This document shows positions 54,377 to 64,000 of a stretch of 64,000 nt of DNA, piece after piece. Source of the stretch: Octopus bimaculoides. Lineage: Eukaryota. The notes under the pieces were generated by a model. It made no database searches, was not told the origin of the DNA, and saw nothing but the letters and a program-made list of their open reading frames with translations. Positions within the stretch are counted from its first letter, which is position 1. Every line of letters begins with the position of its first letter. The stretch is taken from positions 2,408,068 to 2,472,067 of the forward strand of contig NC_068981.1 in NCBI RefSeq assembly GCF_001194135.2, read 5' to 3'. The translations under genes were made by a program, and so were the position numbers.

Positions 54377-57300
54377 TCACATACCTCCCTTTTACATACA
54401 CACACACACACACACACACACACTCATACAGAGTTGAAATGCTCCCACTACCAGTTTGCCATCATCCCTTCCTTCCTTATTCATCTATCATCCATTCCTT
54501 TCTCATTTATATGTTGTGACGGAGAAAAACAGTATTATTATAGTAGATATATATATATGTATATATGCATATATGCACACTGATGTGTTTGTGTGCAGAC
54601 ATGGCTGTGTAGTTGTGAAGTTTACTTCCAAACCGTCTAGTGTCAGTTCCACTTGATGGCACCTTGAGCAGGTGTCTTCTGTTTGTGGATTTGGAAGATG
54701 GAAATTGAAAGAAGCCTGTTGTGTGTGTGTGTGTGTGTGTGTATAGTGTGGGAGGGGGAGGAACACTGTTTCTGTCTCTTCATCTGACATCATGTAATAA
54801 CTGTAAACAACTGTCTCTGTCGTGCAAGTGGTGTTGTTTATTCTCAATCTCTCTTGAAAGTCGCATGGAAACAGATGAGGCTTGGTGACTGGAAAGGACA
54901 TCCAACCATAGAAAATCTACCTCAGTGCATTCCATGTGACCCATGTACCATGAAAGAGTGGCTGTTAAAGCAATAATGATGATATACAGTCGAAACATTG
55001 TCACTTTGTGTGTGTGTGTGTATATATATATATATTTATTTATTTTCTTTTATTATTGTAGCTTTCCCCTCCAAATTCAGTAACTGGATCAATGAGAGAT
55101 TTATTCTTAGACCAAGAACAAGCTCGGTATAAGCTAAGATTACAACACCTCATTGAAAAGGTAAAGAAAATTATTCTTTTAAAATTTAAGTTTGTACAAT
55201 TATTTACTTTTTAATTTGGAATATTTAATGTTATCTAATGAGATGAATGGTTATTAGTATTTTAAAGGAAACAAATTGAGGTCAGATGAAGGACTTGTTT
55301 CACATGCTGTGTCCTGAACCAATCTACTGTTGTATTTTAGCATCTTGGAATATCTGGTTATGAAATGTAGTTCTCGATAAGTTATCTCAAAGAACCTAGA
55401 GATAACTAGACCAAGCATCAAAGGATGATGAAAACCTCTGACTCAACAACGCTTGTGTTGTTGTGCAGGAGTTTTGTTGCATTTATCGGCAGGTACTCGA
55501 GGCAGCTCTGACGTCATTGTGGAAGGGGCACAGAACACCTACAGAGCTGTTTCACCACCTGATGACATCAATCTCTGCATGAGAGATGAAATACAGTTTC
55601 ACTCTCAGCACGCAAGTGTTTACCTTAAACATTTAATAATAAAACCAAATCAGTTGGGTTTAAAATATGGAATTTTAAAATTTTGGATAAGAGACTGTTG
55701 ATGAGTAAATAAATAATTTTACCTGACAATTATATCTCTAATTATAATTTCCTTAAATAATTAATGAAAAATTATTACATTTATTGTTGAGAATTTCATT
55801 TATTTTGTACACCTTCTCTTTGTAAAAATGATACATAAAAATAGTTGGTATTTTAAGAGAATTTTAGGGTCAAGAAATTTGAGGTATTGTTTTGAAACTG
55901 ATTAGAAATGTCATGCTAATTTTGAAAGGTTTCAACAAAAGACAAGGCATCGATGCTAGGCTTCATGCTTGAGATTTATGGTAAACGAATACATTATCGG
56001 AAGTTGTGTAATTTCGGTTAGATTTCTCTCATTTGCTTCTGTTTTTGCTTTTTCTCATCTTTTACACTGTCTTTTTATTTATTTTCTTTTCGTAGGAAAA
56101 GTTAATGCTTTCTATTGAGCAAGAAATGTTGCGGGAGCATGCACGTGCTGCCAGAGCACAAAATAATCAAGCAGTCCCTTTAAGTGTTTGCACAATACTT
56201 CGAGATGAAGAGATTTATAATCTTATTGAAGTGGAACAGGTTTGTTATTTAGATCTTTATCTCAGTTCAGTGATTTATTTTTTGTCATTTTCATAAAAAT
56301 CAAATCTGTATTTATGTGTTTGCATATGGTTTTATAAATGTTTTCATCATCAATTCACATCTGTGCTTTTAAGCCTCCTCCAGCTCAGCATTTCACCATG
56401 TATGGTCATTACATATAAAATCGTCAGAGATTACATAACACACTTAAATAATCTCCACCATTTATAATGTACATGGGACATTATTGTGGTATCAATGATC
56501 ACAACTTCCACAATTGTGATAAATAAAAATAGAAAGCAGTACAGAAAGAGAAAGCAAAAAATAGTGATGGAGAGAGTGAGAGAGAAACATGTATACTGCA
56601 AGTGTAGTATTACATTATTCACAGACACCTTCTAGGCCAGCGTTGCCCAACGTTTTTGCATTTGCAACCCCCTACTATTTGTTGATAGTTGAAATTAATA
56701 CTATCCCAAGCTGCTTCTAGCAAGGCTATGCGACCCCACCGCAAGGAAGAGAAAAAAAACAATATTAGTGGACGAGTAGTTTCATTTTTTGCAACAAATA
56801 TGGGAGACAACTCTAACCAAGTCTACTTTTCTATCCACCATCTTGTCCATTTAGTTTGTGAGTCTTTCATCACTATTTTAGAAACTAACAATGAATTCTG
56901 TGTTCCCTGCACTAACTCAGCTCTCTTCTCTCAGCAAGTGTTGCATATAAGGTGAGAATATTAGATCTCCCCTACAACAGCTTTAACACCATCAGTTGGT
57001 CTGTGGGTGCTTCGAGCAGAGTTTGCTCTGATACAAGCATTTGGACCAGGCTCCTGACACTGGGTTTCCGTTAGCCTAATGACACTCTGATACCCTTCCT
57101 AAGATGCTAAAGACTAAAACTAAACTCGAAGAATTCTCTCTCCTCTTCTCTAACATCCCATGACTCTGATCCAACCTCGACCCCACACATTTAATTTCTC
57201 TCTGAGACATGGTTCTCTCAATCCCAGTTTATAGTTTATCTATGCAGTCCAGGCTAAACTCTTTACACGAATATTAATCTAGAAAGTGATACCTGTACAC

Positions 57301-59641
57301 TGATCTGCATATTAAATTTCTCTCTGAACTCCTTTCTAACTCTTGCTTAGCTGACAGCATCTCTGCACATGGCTCACCCAGCTCTCAAGCCATTTTCTTC
57401 TAGTTTACTTAGCCATTACATAACCTCAGAATATAGTACTCAGTCAAAGGTCAACAAGTATTTGTACCGTAACTGGATATTTGCTAAGAAATTCTCCTGT
57501 AGCTGTCTCACTCTGTCGAAAGGACATCAGTGGTACTTCATCCTGGTACAAACCGAACCTTCATTTCATCTCAGCTAATTGTTTTTAACCAGTGATGTCA
57601 TAATAACTTTCCTGTTATCTTTACAACTTGTTATATTAGTTTGAAGTATTTGTAGTTGCCCCTTTCTAAAGCACTTCCTTTGTCCTTTTACCAGATGATG
57701 ATCCTTACTCTGATTAGTGTAGAAACCATCTCCCTCTGCTACCTGAGTAACCAGTGTTCCCTGATGGGGTCAGACATGTAATAAATATGTAATTTTTAAA
57801 TTCTTTTTTATTCCTTTCTAGGTAGAGGAAAGAGAGAAAAACGTTCGATCACGCTACAATGGCAGACAGTTTATTTCCTGGATTCAAGATGTCGGTGATA
57901 AATATGACAAGATAAAAGTGAGATCATCTTATTCTCTGTTTTTAAAAAGAAAAAAACCATTGTCTTTTGGTTGGTTTCGTGGGAGTTGTTGTGACATCAG
58001 ATCAAGCGTTTATATATCTCAGCTCAGGTGCCACGTAAAAGGCACTAATTTCACTCTGCTGGGTGGTTGGTGTTAGGAACGGCATCCAGCTGTAAAAATC
58101 CTGCCAAATCAGTCACAGAAGTCTGGTGCCGGCTTCTGCCTTGCTGACTCTTATGAAACTGTCCCACCCATGCCAGCATAGAAGGCAGACGTCAAACAAT
58201 GATGATGATGAAGGAGCAGAGTATGCTATGCAAATGTGCAACAACATGCAATGTGGAAAATTGAATTATTTACAAAACAAATTTCTTTAGTAGGTGTTGC
58301 TGCCAGATAAAAACACACCCATGCCGGTGCCGCATCAAGAATACTCAATACACTCTGTAAAGTGGTTGGTGGTTTGGAAGGGCATCCAGCTGTAGAAACC
58401 TTGCCAAAACAAATCTGGAGCCTGGCGCAGCTCTCCGGTTTGCCAACTCCTGTCAAGCCATTCAACCCATGCCAGCATGGAAAACAGTTGTTAAATGATG
58501 ATGATGATGATATAATAGTTTGGGTAATCAGCTTAGTATTATCAGGAGGTTCCCTTCCTCTGGCCCCTTACTGCCACGATAAATACAGCCTGTCAATGTC
58601 AACAATGGTTACTACAGCTTAAACACTATTATTAGTCCTTTTTGTTGTTTAACTTTGTGTGTGTAGGCATTGTTTTAGGAGGTTAATTTCTGAATATAGT
58701 AGGGGTCTGTTTTATCAAAAGGGGTTATCTTTAAGATGTCAGTTAATTTTGATGTTTCTTTCTCCCACTTCATAATGTCCTTTTAGTGAAGTATACTGCA
58801 AATGTTTTTCTCCTTGTTGCTGTTCTTTGTCTGGTTCAATCTTATGACTATTTACTTTGTTTGTTGTGTTTATGAGCCTGGCTTTGTTTCACCCCCCCCC
58901 CCTTTTTTTTTTTCATTTTGGTTTCCGTTTATCTACAACATCTGTTTTTCTTTTGTTGTTGTTTTACTGTCTTTATTTCTGTTATCATGTTTGTACAGTG
59001 AGTGTGTGTGTGTGTATGTGTATATATATATATATATATATATACTTCTCAAGAGTACAGAAAGTTAACATTCAGTGCTAAGCATAATTTGAAAGTCAAA
59101 ATAAATGTTGTGTGTGTGTGTGTGTGTGTGTATAAAGAGTTCTTCTTTGTTTGCAGATAACAACTTATCAGAGCTTATCTCCACGCACTGAAGGGGAACA
59201 TTTTTTTTTAAATACTGACTTCCTTTTAAACACAATTATTTTATTTACAGACATAGGAAATTTAGGAACAGGTGTGGATCTCTCTTGACTTGGAGTATAT
59301 TGAATGGATGTTTACTTTAAGGGATCCCGAAATGTAGCACAGGCATGGCTGTGTGGTATGAGGCTTGTTTCCCAATCACATGCTTTTAGTTTCAGTCCCA
59401 TTGCGTGGTATCTTGGCCAGATGTCTTCTATTATATCCCTGAGCCAACCAAAGCCTTGTGAGTGGATTTGGTAGATGGAGACTATTTGACTGCGGTCATG
59501 CTGGAGTACTGCCTTTAGTCGAGCAAATTGACCCCAGGACTTATTCTTTGTAAGCCTAATACTTATTTTATAAGTCGCTTTAGCTGATATGCTAAGTTAC
59601 GGGATGTAAACACATCAACATCAGTTGTCAAGCGATGGTGC

Positions 59642-59710
<69 letters not shown>

Positions 59711-61856
59711 CATATATATAATGGGCTTCTTTCAGTTTCCGTTTACCAAATCCACTCACAAGGCTTTGATCAGCCTGAGGCTATAGTAGAAGGCACTTGC
59801 CCAAGGTGCCACACAGTGGGACTGAACTCGGAACCATGTGGTTGGGAAGCAAGCGTCTTACCACTCAGCCACTCCTGTACCTGTTTACTTTTTAAGTCTA
59901 CTACTTTTACAGAATTGCTAAGAGGACATAAACAAACCCACACCAGTGTTCAAGCAAGCTGGTTGGTGGAGTAACAAACACACGCACGACATACTTTCAT
60001 ACAGTTTCTGCTCTCCTGATTTCACTCACGTAACATTGAACTGAAGGTTTTAGTAGAAGACACGTGTTTAAAGTGCCACAGTGTGAGATGGAAATTGAAA
60101 CCTTTTGCTTATCAGGCAACCTAATCAACCATCCTACTTTGCCTGGAGTTTATTTAAAAGCAAATTTCATTCAACTCATGTGTCTTACAGTGTTATCATA
60201 TAACAGCTTATGTGACAGACCTTATTTATATAAATTGGTTTTCTTGTCAGTCAAGTAGGCCTGACAGCTAGGTTATCTTTGTTTTAACTGAGAAAAGTGA
60301 TTGACAGATAGTTGCTATCCTAAATTCTTCTTAGTATTAAGCTCATTTGTTATTAACATTGTAATTATTATTAATATTCTTTTAGCTCTGGCTTTTGCTG
60401 GGACTCCTGGAGTTTTGTATCAGTAGTGGGCTTGCTGCCTGCAGCCTACAGCACCATGGTATTTGTTCTCTTTGACTATCTCATACTTTCCTGGTGCTTC
60501 TGGCTATGCCAATGAGGCAAACCTGTGCCGGTGGCACGTAAAAAGCACCATTCAAGCATGGTCGATGCCAGTGCCGCCTGACTGGCCCTCGTGCCGGTGG
60601 CACATAAAAAGCATCCACTACACTCTCAGAGTGGTTGGCATTAGGAAGGGCATCCAGCTGTAGAAACTTTGCCAGATCAGATTGGAGCCTGGTGCAGCCT
60701 TCTGGCTTGCTGGCCCTCAGTCAAACTGTCTAACCCATGCCAACATGGAAAGTAGATGTTAAACAGCAATGATGATGATGATAAAAGTGGCAAGCTAACT
60801 GAATTATCAGAGCATCAGGGAAAGAGAATGCTTTGTGGTATTCTGACTGTTGAGGTTGATTTTGCCTTTCGTTCTTTCAGGGGCAATAAAATAAATACCA
60901 GTTGAGCGCTGGGATCGAAGTAGTCAACTAAATCCTTCCCACTAAAATTGCTAGATTTGTGCCTAAGTCAGAAACCATTCTTGTCACTGATTTTTTTTGC
61001 CTTTTATTTTTCCAGGATTGTTAAGTACCAGTGGTGTATTGACTGTACTCTTCCAACAAATTCTTTGGTCTTGTACAAATATTAGAACTTACCATTACGT
61101 AAAATGCACCATTCGAGCGTGGCTGATGCCAGTGGCACATAAAGCATCATTTGAGCATGGCCGATGCTGATTGACTGGCGTGTAAAAAGCACCGTTCGAG
61201 TGTGGCCGATGCCAATGGCACATAAAAAGCATCATTTGAACATGGCCGATGCCGGTAGCACATAAAAGCACCCATTACACTCTCAGAGTGGTTGGCGTTA
61301 GGAAAGGTTTCCAGCTGTAGAAACCTTTTCAAATCAGATTGGAGCGTGGTGCAGCCTGGTGGCTTGCCAGTTCTCAGTCAAACCGTTCACCCAGGCATGG
61401 ACAGCAGACGTTAAACGATGACAATGATGATGATGATTAGCAACCACTTCATTTGTTCATTCTGTGTCCATTTTGTCCAGAATAGTATGGGTTAGATCAG
61501 TGGTTCTCAAGCAAGGTCCGTATAACCCTTAGGGCTACTGCAGCATCTTGCCTGTCAAACGTGTACATCTATTAATTATGATACATAGATGATTATTTCA
61601 ATTTAATACTGCTTCAATTATGCACACCATATATATATATAGATATTGTCCTTCTAATTTGTAATTTTTGTTTCCTTTCTAGGAATTATTGTTGCTTAGG
61701 CATCACCACGAAGCTGAATCCTTATTTGCAGTTCAGAAGATGGACTGGGAATGGAAAATGAAAGAAGTTTCTGACTTGAACAATATGCCTGTTGTTGATG
61801 ATCTCCATGTACCGATGGTACAAGTGAATGATGACTTTGATCTATTACCATCTTAG
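21017..61856 (+). CDS. ANKRD11/ANKRD12: Ankyrin repeat domain-containing protein 11/12 orthologue (ANCO family chromatin co-regulator), spliced CDS of 13 exons, about 1219-1233 aa
   Basis: Manual join(21017..21088,26994..27081,30458..30640,31222..31410,33907..34049,35233..35455,37087..38988,47913..48172,50828..50956,55062..55160,56096..56239,57822..57917,61683..61856) = 3702 nt, open, ending in TAG, all introns GT-AG with matching phases. Family hallmarks: [84 protein letters not shown]. Extra small exons in the long introns cannot be excluded. Confidence 0.95.
21459..21715. repeat. 66-bp tandem repeat in ABAB order inside an RTE tail
   Basis: Units start at 21459, 21525, 21591 and 21657; units 1/3 and 2/4 share diagnostic bases. 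Confidence 0.9.
22191..22884. repeat. Long intronic inverted repeat with 151-bp perfect inner arms
   Basis: 22306-22456 is the exact reverse complement of 22605-22755; 148-bp spacer; diverged outer arms. Confidence 0.95.
24465..24905 (-). mobile_element. RTE 3'-end fragment with C-terminal coding remnant
   Basis: Shares the 3' tail and the GLTEAMT/VLEK-type C-terminal remnant with 2018-2700. Confidence 0.75.
26345..26697 (+). mobile_element. SINE family A copy (inverted partner at 26125-26275)
   Basis: Same family sequence. Confidence 0.85.
26994..27081 (+). CDS. ANKRD11/ANKRD12: Coding exon 2 (EKTILKAVQSDGKGMKRKIIMPSSPQEEE)
   Basis: ttgttttAG| acceptor, G|GTAAGA donor, phase 0 to 1, bridging the flanking exons. 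MKRK..SP resembles ANKRD12 MKRKLPFTISP (recalled). Confidence 0.85.
27130..27750 (+). mobile_element. CR1/L2/Jockey-superfamily LINE post-RT remnant
   Basis: LVTFDAGKTKF, LTLTKDLPWKKHVQS…SAAKKVG, FSRTAALWNSLP. Confidence 0.7.
28860..29520 (+). mobile_element. Helitron PIF1-like helicase C-terminal remnant
   Basis: ILSPKNSD, MLLRNLSISQGLCNGT, VLIPRIKLSPSD…LQFPLRL, GIHLSQPVFSHGQLYVAFSRA, QNIVYHEVL*; the SQGQ motif is deleted. Confidence 0.9.
30458..30640 (+). CDS. ANKRD11/ANKRD12: Coding exon 3 (…[24 protein letters not shown])
   Basis: ttttccAG| acceptor (alternative AG at 30462-63), G|GTAGGT donor, family motif [12 protein letters not shown]. Confidence 0.93.
31222..31410 (+). CDS. ANKRD11/ANKRD12: Coding exon 4, ankyrin repeat 1 ([39 protein letters not shown])
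   Basis: Within ORF 31197..31454; acceptor at 31222 or 31228 (same phase); donor G|GTAAAA. Confidence 0.95.
32620..32875. mobile_element. hAT (Charlie-like) MITE with 8-bp TSD
   Basis: TIRs CACTGGTTCTCAACC / GCTTGAAAACCACTG; TSD CTTTAGAT at 32612-19 and 32876-83. Partial copies near 19752-19930 with 20150-20175, 30190-30356 and 61498. Confidence 0.88.
33907..34049 (+). CDS. ANKRD11/ANKRD12: Coding exon 5, ankyrin repeats 2-3 ([48 protein letters not shown])
   Basis: Manual translation; ataaAG| acceptor, AAG|GTAAAT donor; 143 nt. Confidence 0.96.
34652..34950 (-). mobile_element. RTE 3'-tail repeat (representative of more than 25 short copies)
   Basis: catcatcatcgtttaacgtccgctttccatgctggcatgg…gatgcccttcctaacgccaaccact is the same sequence as the 3' end of the RTE at 2018. 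Other copies include 13020, 21296, 23040, 35820, 29925, 45890, 60510 and 61090. Confidence 0.85.
35233..35455 (+). CDS. ANKRD11/ANKRD12: Coding exon 6, end of ankyrin block plus Ser/acidic linker (LVELLLKHGANPLQSNSRGQTPMDVA…)
   Basis: Within ORF 35179..35529; ttattttccAG| acceptor, G|GTACTT donor. Confidence 0.94.
36555..36871 (+). mobile_element. Putative Helentron-associated (HINE/DINE-1-like) element
   Basis: ggaggtattgttttcag…gatatctcaagaactgctggatggatttggatgaaact…ccttggtggaggtgtacgctctatgagtgctcttgtt resembles this class from memory only. Confidence 0.45.
37087..38988 (+). CDS. ANKRD11/ANKRD12: Coding exon 7, 1902-nt low-complexity Ser/Thr-rich middle exon
   Basis: Within the 679-aa ORF 37032..39071; ttttgtAG| acceptor, G|GTATCA donor, phase 1-1. 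Confidence 0.92.
39655..39900 (+). mobile_element. SINE family D (tRNA head plus conserved-core-like body gtgttcttgagcaa…ttgctccagtccact)
   Basis: A/B-box head; related copies at 33317-33580 (+) and 14140-14318, 44150-44312, 9780-9900 (-). CORE/V/Meta superfamily assignment not resolved. Confidence 0.7.
43720..43764 (+). ncRNA. Decayed minimal type I hammerhead ribozyme motif (Penelope-like element relic)
   Basis: cagcct-CTGATGA-ggtgg cataaa ccatt-GAAA-CTAG-GC-agactg. Confidence 0.6.
44695..45105 (+). mobile_element. SINE family A copy
   Basis: Same family sequence; N-gap in the internal microsatellite. Confidence 0.87.
45130..45885 (-). mobile_element. Second RTE-type (BovB/RTE-X-like) LINE fragment
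   Basis: ORFs 45681..45881 and 45151..45477: VSSFNYLGTLITGDARCVKEIKRWLVLAK, KQLRFLGHVMRKEGLENLV. Confidence 0.85.
46151..46364 (+). mobile_element. SINE family C, (TAA)n-associated tRNA-headed SINE
   Basis: aaggcagcgagctggcagaatcgtta…gagatcaaattccgc…ggccttgtgcctatagtagaaag between (ATT)n tracts. Copies at 46440-46640, 47615-47830, 36925-37053 and 60785-60980 (+); 12570-12790, 12820-12990 and 25530-25760 (-). Confidence 0.85.
46700..46925 (-). mobile_element. Older R4/Dong-like C-terminal fragment
   Basis: Minus translation EKTEKYQDFVREVK*LGKTETIIPMVIGTLG. Confidence 0.7.
47037..47356 (-). mobile_element. R4/Dong-like (restriction-like endonuclease) LINE 3' end inserted in (TAA)n
   Basis: ORF 47072..47356 EKLSKCKDLEIEVTRMWNLKTETIPIIVGALGII matches the RLE C-terminus; flanked by (ATT)n on both sides. 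Confidence 0.85.
47913..48172 (+). CDS. ANKRD11/ANKRD12: Coding exon 8 (…HPRKRKLRP…[15 protein letters not shown])
   Basis: Within ORF 47840..48343; atttcAG| acceptor, CAG|GTAAGA donor; NLS-like HPRKRK and start of the C-terminal domain. Confidence 0.93.
48702..49081. repeat. 26-bp minisatellite, about 14.5 units
   Basis: Unit GTGGCACCATCACC(C/A)GTGCTTTTTA(C/T), growing out of an RTE tail; 10-N gap inside. Confidence 0.95.
50828..50956 (+). CDS. ANKRD11/ANKRD12: Coding exon 9 (VEDRRKNLTVVHPKAPQGFKDYLMMSCSYVLQGNSASTLSVPM)
   Basis: Manual translation; cctgacAG| acceptor, ATG|GTTAGT donor; 129 nt, phase 0-0. Confidence 0.93.
51130..51332. mobile_element. piggyBac-like MITE copy
   Basis: TTAA|CCCTGTAGCATT…GATGCTACAGAG|TTAA; internal sequence matches 15618-15837. 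Confidence 0.8.
53640..53930 (-). mobile_element. Heavily decayed mariner N-terminal remnant
   Basis: Minus translation with stops: HVLNKTYA…YQRWFNEVKNSDD…PRKS…TTVQDL. Confidence 0.45.
54300..54547 (-). mobile_element. Putative non-autonomous Helitron-like element
   Basis: 5' end A|TCTACTATAATAATAC; a matching copy lies at 36329-36530 (+). Confidence 0.55.
54305..54425. repeat. (CA)n microsatellite, representative of dozens of (TA)n, (CA)n, (CT)n, (ATT)n and (CAT)n tracts
   Basis: Directly visible; most N-gaps (4768-5055, 10332-10628, 18701-18808, 19179-19188, 44878-44887, 47381-47499) abut such tracts. Confidence 0.98.
55062..55160 (+). CDS. ANKRD11/ANKRD12: Coding exon 10 (LSPPNSVTGSMRDLFLDQEQARYKLRLQHLIEK)
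   Basis: Manual translation; ttattgtAG| acceptor, AAG|GTAAAG donor; 99 nt. Confidence 0.94.
56096..56239 (+). CDS. ANKRD11/ANKRD12: Coding exon 11 (EKLMLSIEQEMLREHARAARAQNNQAVPLSVCTILRDEEIYNLIEVEQ)
   Basis: Overlaps ORF 56105..56296; ttttcgtAG| acceptor, CAG|GTTTGT donor; 144 nt. Confidence 0.95.
57822..57917 (+). CDS. ANKRD11/ANKRD12: Coding exon 12 ([32 protein letters not shown])
   Basis: Manual translation; cctttctAG| acceptor, AAA|GTGAGA donor; 96 nt. Confidence 0.94.
59482..59878 (-). mobile_element. SINE family A copy (inverted partner at 59338-59480)
   Basis: Same family sequence, reverse orientation. Confidence 0.85.
61683..61856 (+). CDS. ANKRD11/ANKRD12: Last coding exon ([28 protein letters not shown]…[15 protein letters not shown])
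   Basis: tttcctttctAG| acceptor; TAG at 61854-61856; matches the family C-terminus (VPLVDVNDDF-like, recalled). Confidence 0.95.
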   Translation, partial: [57 protein letters not shown]

Positions 61857-62495
61857 CAAAGGGAGCATTATTACACAGTTTTATAGAGCTTCAAATTGCC
61901 ATTGAGATGGTGTCAACTGTAAAGCCAGTAAGATGAAAAACGGTGTTCTGCTTTCTTCGGCGACTACTTTACAGCATGAAGAAGATTGAGTATTTTTGTG
62001 AAATACTGCGATGCAAATCACCCAGTATAATTATCAGAAGGCTTTTATGACAGATAGCCTTTAGGTATGGGGCTATTGTAAAGATTATTGGGAATAATGT
62101 GATCAATATATCATTTATTTTAGATTGAGGAATGCTGCCAAAATCCTTCCTTCTGTTATCTATAACAACACATAACAATTTCTAAATGTCCATTTTTTTA
62201 TGGCTCAGCTATATGGTAGCCATGCCTATGTATATGTTTTGGAATAATTTCTGCTGCTGCTGCTGGCCCAGCTAGCAGTCATCTAATCAAAGAAAAATCA
62301 TATCAATCCATTTGTTTCAGTCTGCTAGCTTTAATTTTTTTTTTCTCTTCCCAAAATTAACATAAATACTCCAAAATCTTTTACCTTACTCTTTTCAAAT
62401 GTGTGCTTGACTAGAAAATATTGGAGCAGGGGTTTCTGTTGAAAATATGTATAAATGAGTGATAACAATTTTACTATTGATAAGAAACTAGAATT

Positions 62496-62555
62496 AATAA
62501 AAATTGAGCCAAATGTTTCTGTATTTGTATGTGCTTGTTTGTTTTTTTGCTTTTG
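62496..62555 (+). terminator. Candidate polyadenylation signal of the ANKRD 3' UTR
   Basis: AATAAA at 62496-62501 followed by a GU/U-rich tract (tgtttctgtatttgtatgtgcttgtttgtttttttg). Alternative AATAAA sites at 62994, 63737 and 63838. Confidence 0.45.
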
Positions 62556-64000
62556 TGACAGGATTCTCTACACAAACCATATTTTGATAAAATTTTGTGA
62601 TTAATAATAACTTTTTGCTGTTTTAATTTTTAAAAGATCTGTCTTTATTTATTTTTTATATTTATAATGGACTGTTTTCTTCGTAATATTATACATTACT
62701 TTTCTGTATTAATGCTAACTGGTTTGGTCTAGTTAACCTCTTATATCCCTCCAAGAAGAAAAAAAAAAGTACTCTACAATAGAATCTTTCAAAGAAAATG
62801 CAGTTAGAAGAGTGGATTCTAAAATGGTTCAAAATTCATTCATTATTCATCTCCTGTCTTTGATGTGTACGTGTTTTAGAATGTTTGAGTCTGGAAAAAT
62901 TGGTGGTGTTTTTATTGCAGGTGAATGTATATATTCAAACTCAAAAAAAAAAAAAATTTTTTTTTTTTTTTCTCCTTGAGGCAAAATGAGATGAATAAAT
63001 ACGTTGATATTCTCCATTTGGAAACTCTTTGACACTTTTTCTTTTNNNNNNNNNNNNNNNNNNNNNNNNNNNNNNNNNNNNNNNNNNNNNNNNNNNNNNN
63101 NNNNNNNNNNNNNNNNNNNNNNNNNNNNNNNNNNNNNNNNNNNNNNNNNNNNNNNNNNNNNNNNNNNNNNNNNNNNNNNNNNNNNNNNNNNNNNNNNNNN
63201 NNNNNNNNNNNNNNNNNNNNNNNNNNNNNNNNNNNNNNNNNNNNNNNNNNNNNNNNNNNNNNNNNNNNNNNNNNNNNNNNNNNNNNNNNNNNNNNNNNNN
63301 NNNNNNNNNNNNNNNNNNNNNNNNNNNNNNNNNNNNNNNNNNNNNNNNNNNNNNNNNNNNNNNNNNNNNNNNNNNNNNNNNNNNNNNNNNNNNNNNNNNN
63401 NNNNNNNNNNNNNNNNNNNNNNNNNNNACTATTAGTGATTGTAATTATATGAGGAAAATACCAACTGTATTTAACATTTTTACTGTTTAGAGAAGATTTT
63501 ATTTATTATTTTAATTATTTCCTCAATTTCAATAATTCATTTATCTGTGATTCCATGAATAAGATTTCAGTTAGGACTTTCAAAACAAAAAAAATGTCAT
63601 TTATGTATGTAGCATGACTGCAAAATGAAATTATTTTGATGTGTCTTGGGAGGGTCATTATATCAATAATGAACACATGCATTGGCTGTATTTCACTTCT
63701 TTGTTATTTATTTGTTAATTGGTCAATTATTTAACCAATAAACTAATCGGTTGGTTATTTGTCAAAGTTCACAACCTCATGAGTGACATGCCCTCCTAGT
63801 CCAGGTCTGTCTCAAACAATCGATTAGGTAATGGGTTAATAAATTGACAAATATTAAAGAAAGAAGTGAAATAGAACCAGTGTTTGAGTTTATTGTTGGC
63901 ATAATGACCCTACCCTGAGATTCAACTAAATATTTCAATACACAAGTTCACATCAAGAATCTTGCAATCCAAATACGAAAATGAAAACTAGAATTAATTT

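Noticed and set aside
55550-55605. CTGATGA…hairpin…GAAA hammerhead-like pattern
   Set aside because: Stem II closing pair is non-canonical, there is no palindromic stem III and no stem I partner.
56619-56810. Possible Tc1 C-terminal remnant (LLEAAWDSIN)
   Set aside because: Similarity too short; no TIR or catalytic motif.
61857-63045. miRNA seed sites in the 3' UTR
   Set aside because: Only 6-mer matches (e.g. TGTGAT) in AT-rich sequence; not distinguishable from chance without conservation data.

Overview
AT-rich, repeat-dense eukaryotic DNA with 10 N-gaps. The SINE/LINE repertoire and microsatellite load point to a cephalopod, most likely Octopus (inference). One complete protein-coding gene is on the + strand: an ANKRD11/ANKRD12-family chromatin co-regulator with 13 coding exons at 21017/21059-61856. 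All have GT-AG boundaries and compatible phases, giving about 1219-1233 aa with an N-terminal ankyrin block, a Ser/Thr-rich middle and the conserved C-terminal domain. Its non-coding first exon and promoter were not identified. The rest is transposon-derived: RTE, R4/Dong-like and CR1/L2-type LINE fragments, several tRNA-headed SINE families, many RTE 3' tails, mariner/Tc1 and Helitron fragments, hAT and piggyBac MITEs, foldback elements and microsatellites. No tRNA/rRNA gene or CRISPR array is supported, and I found no convincing new biological system. The best leads are: a 151-bp perfect intronic inverted repeat with diverged outer arms; a decayed Penelope-type hammerhead ribozyme on the sense strand of an intron; a foldback mariner made of two 3' ends; an in-frame uORF separated from the main ORF by one UGA; SINE/(TAA)n tails forming two splice acceptors; and minisatellites arising from an RTE 3' UTR motif. 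Repeat boundaries were read by eye and are approximate unless a TSD or TIR is quoted.
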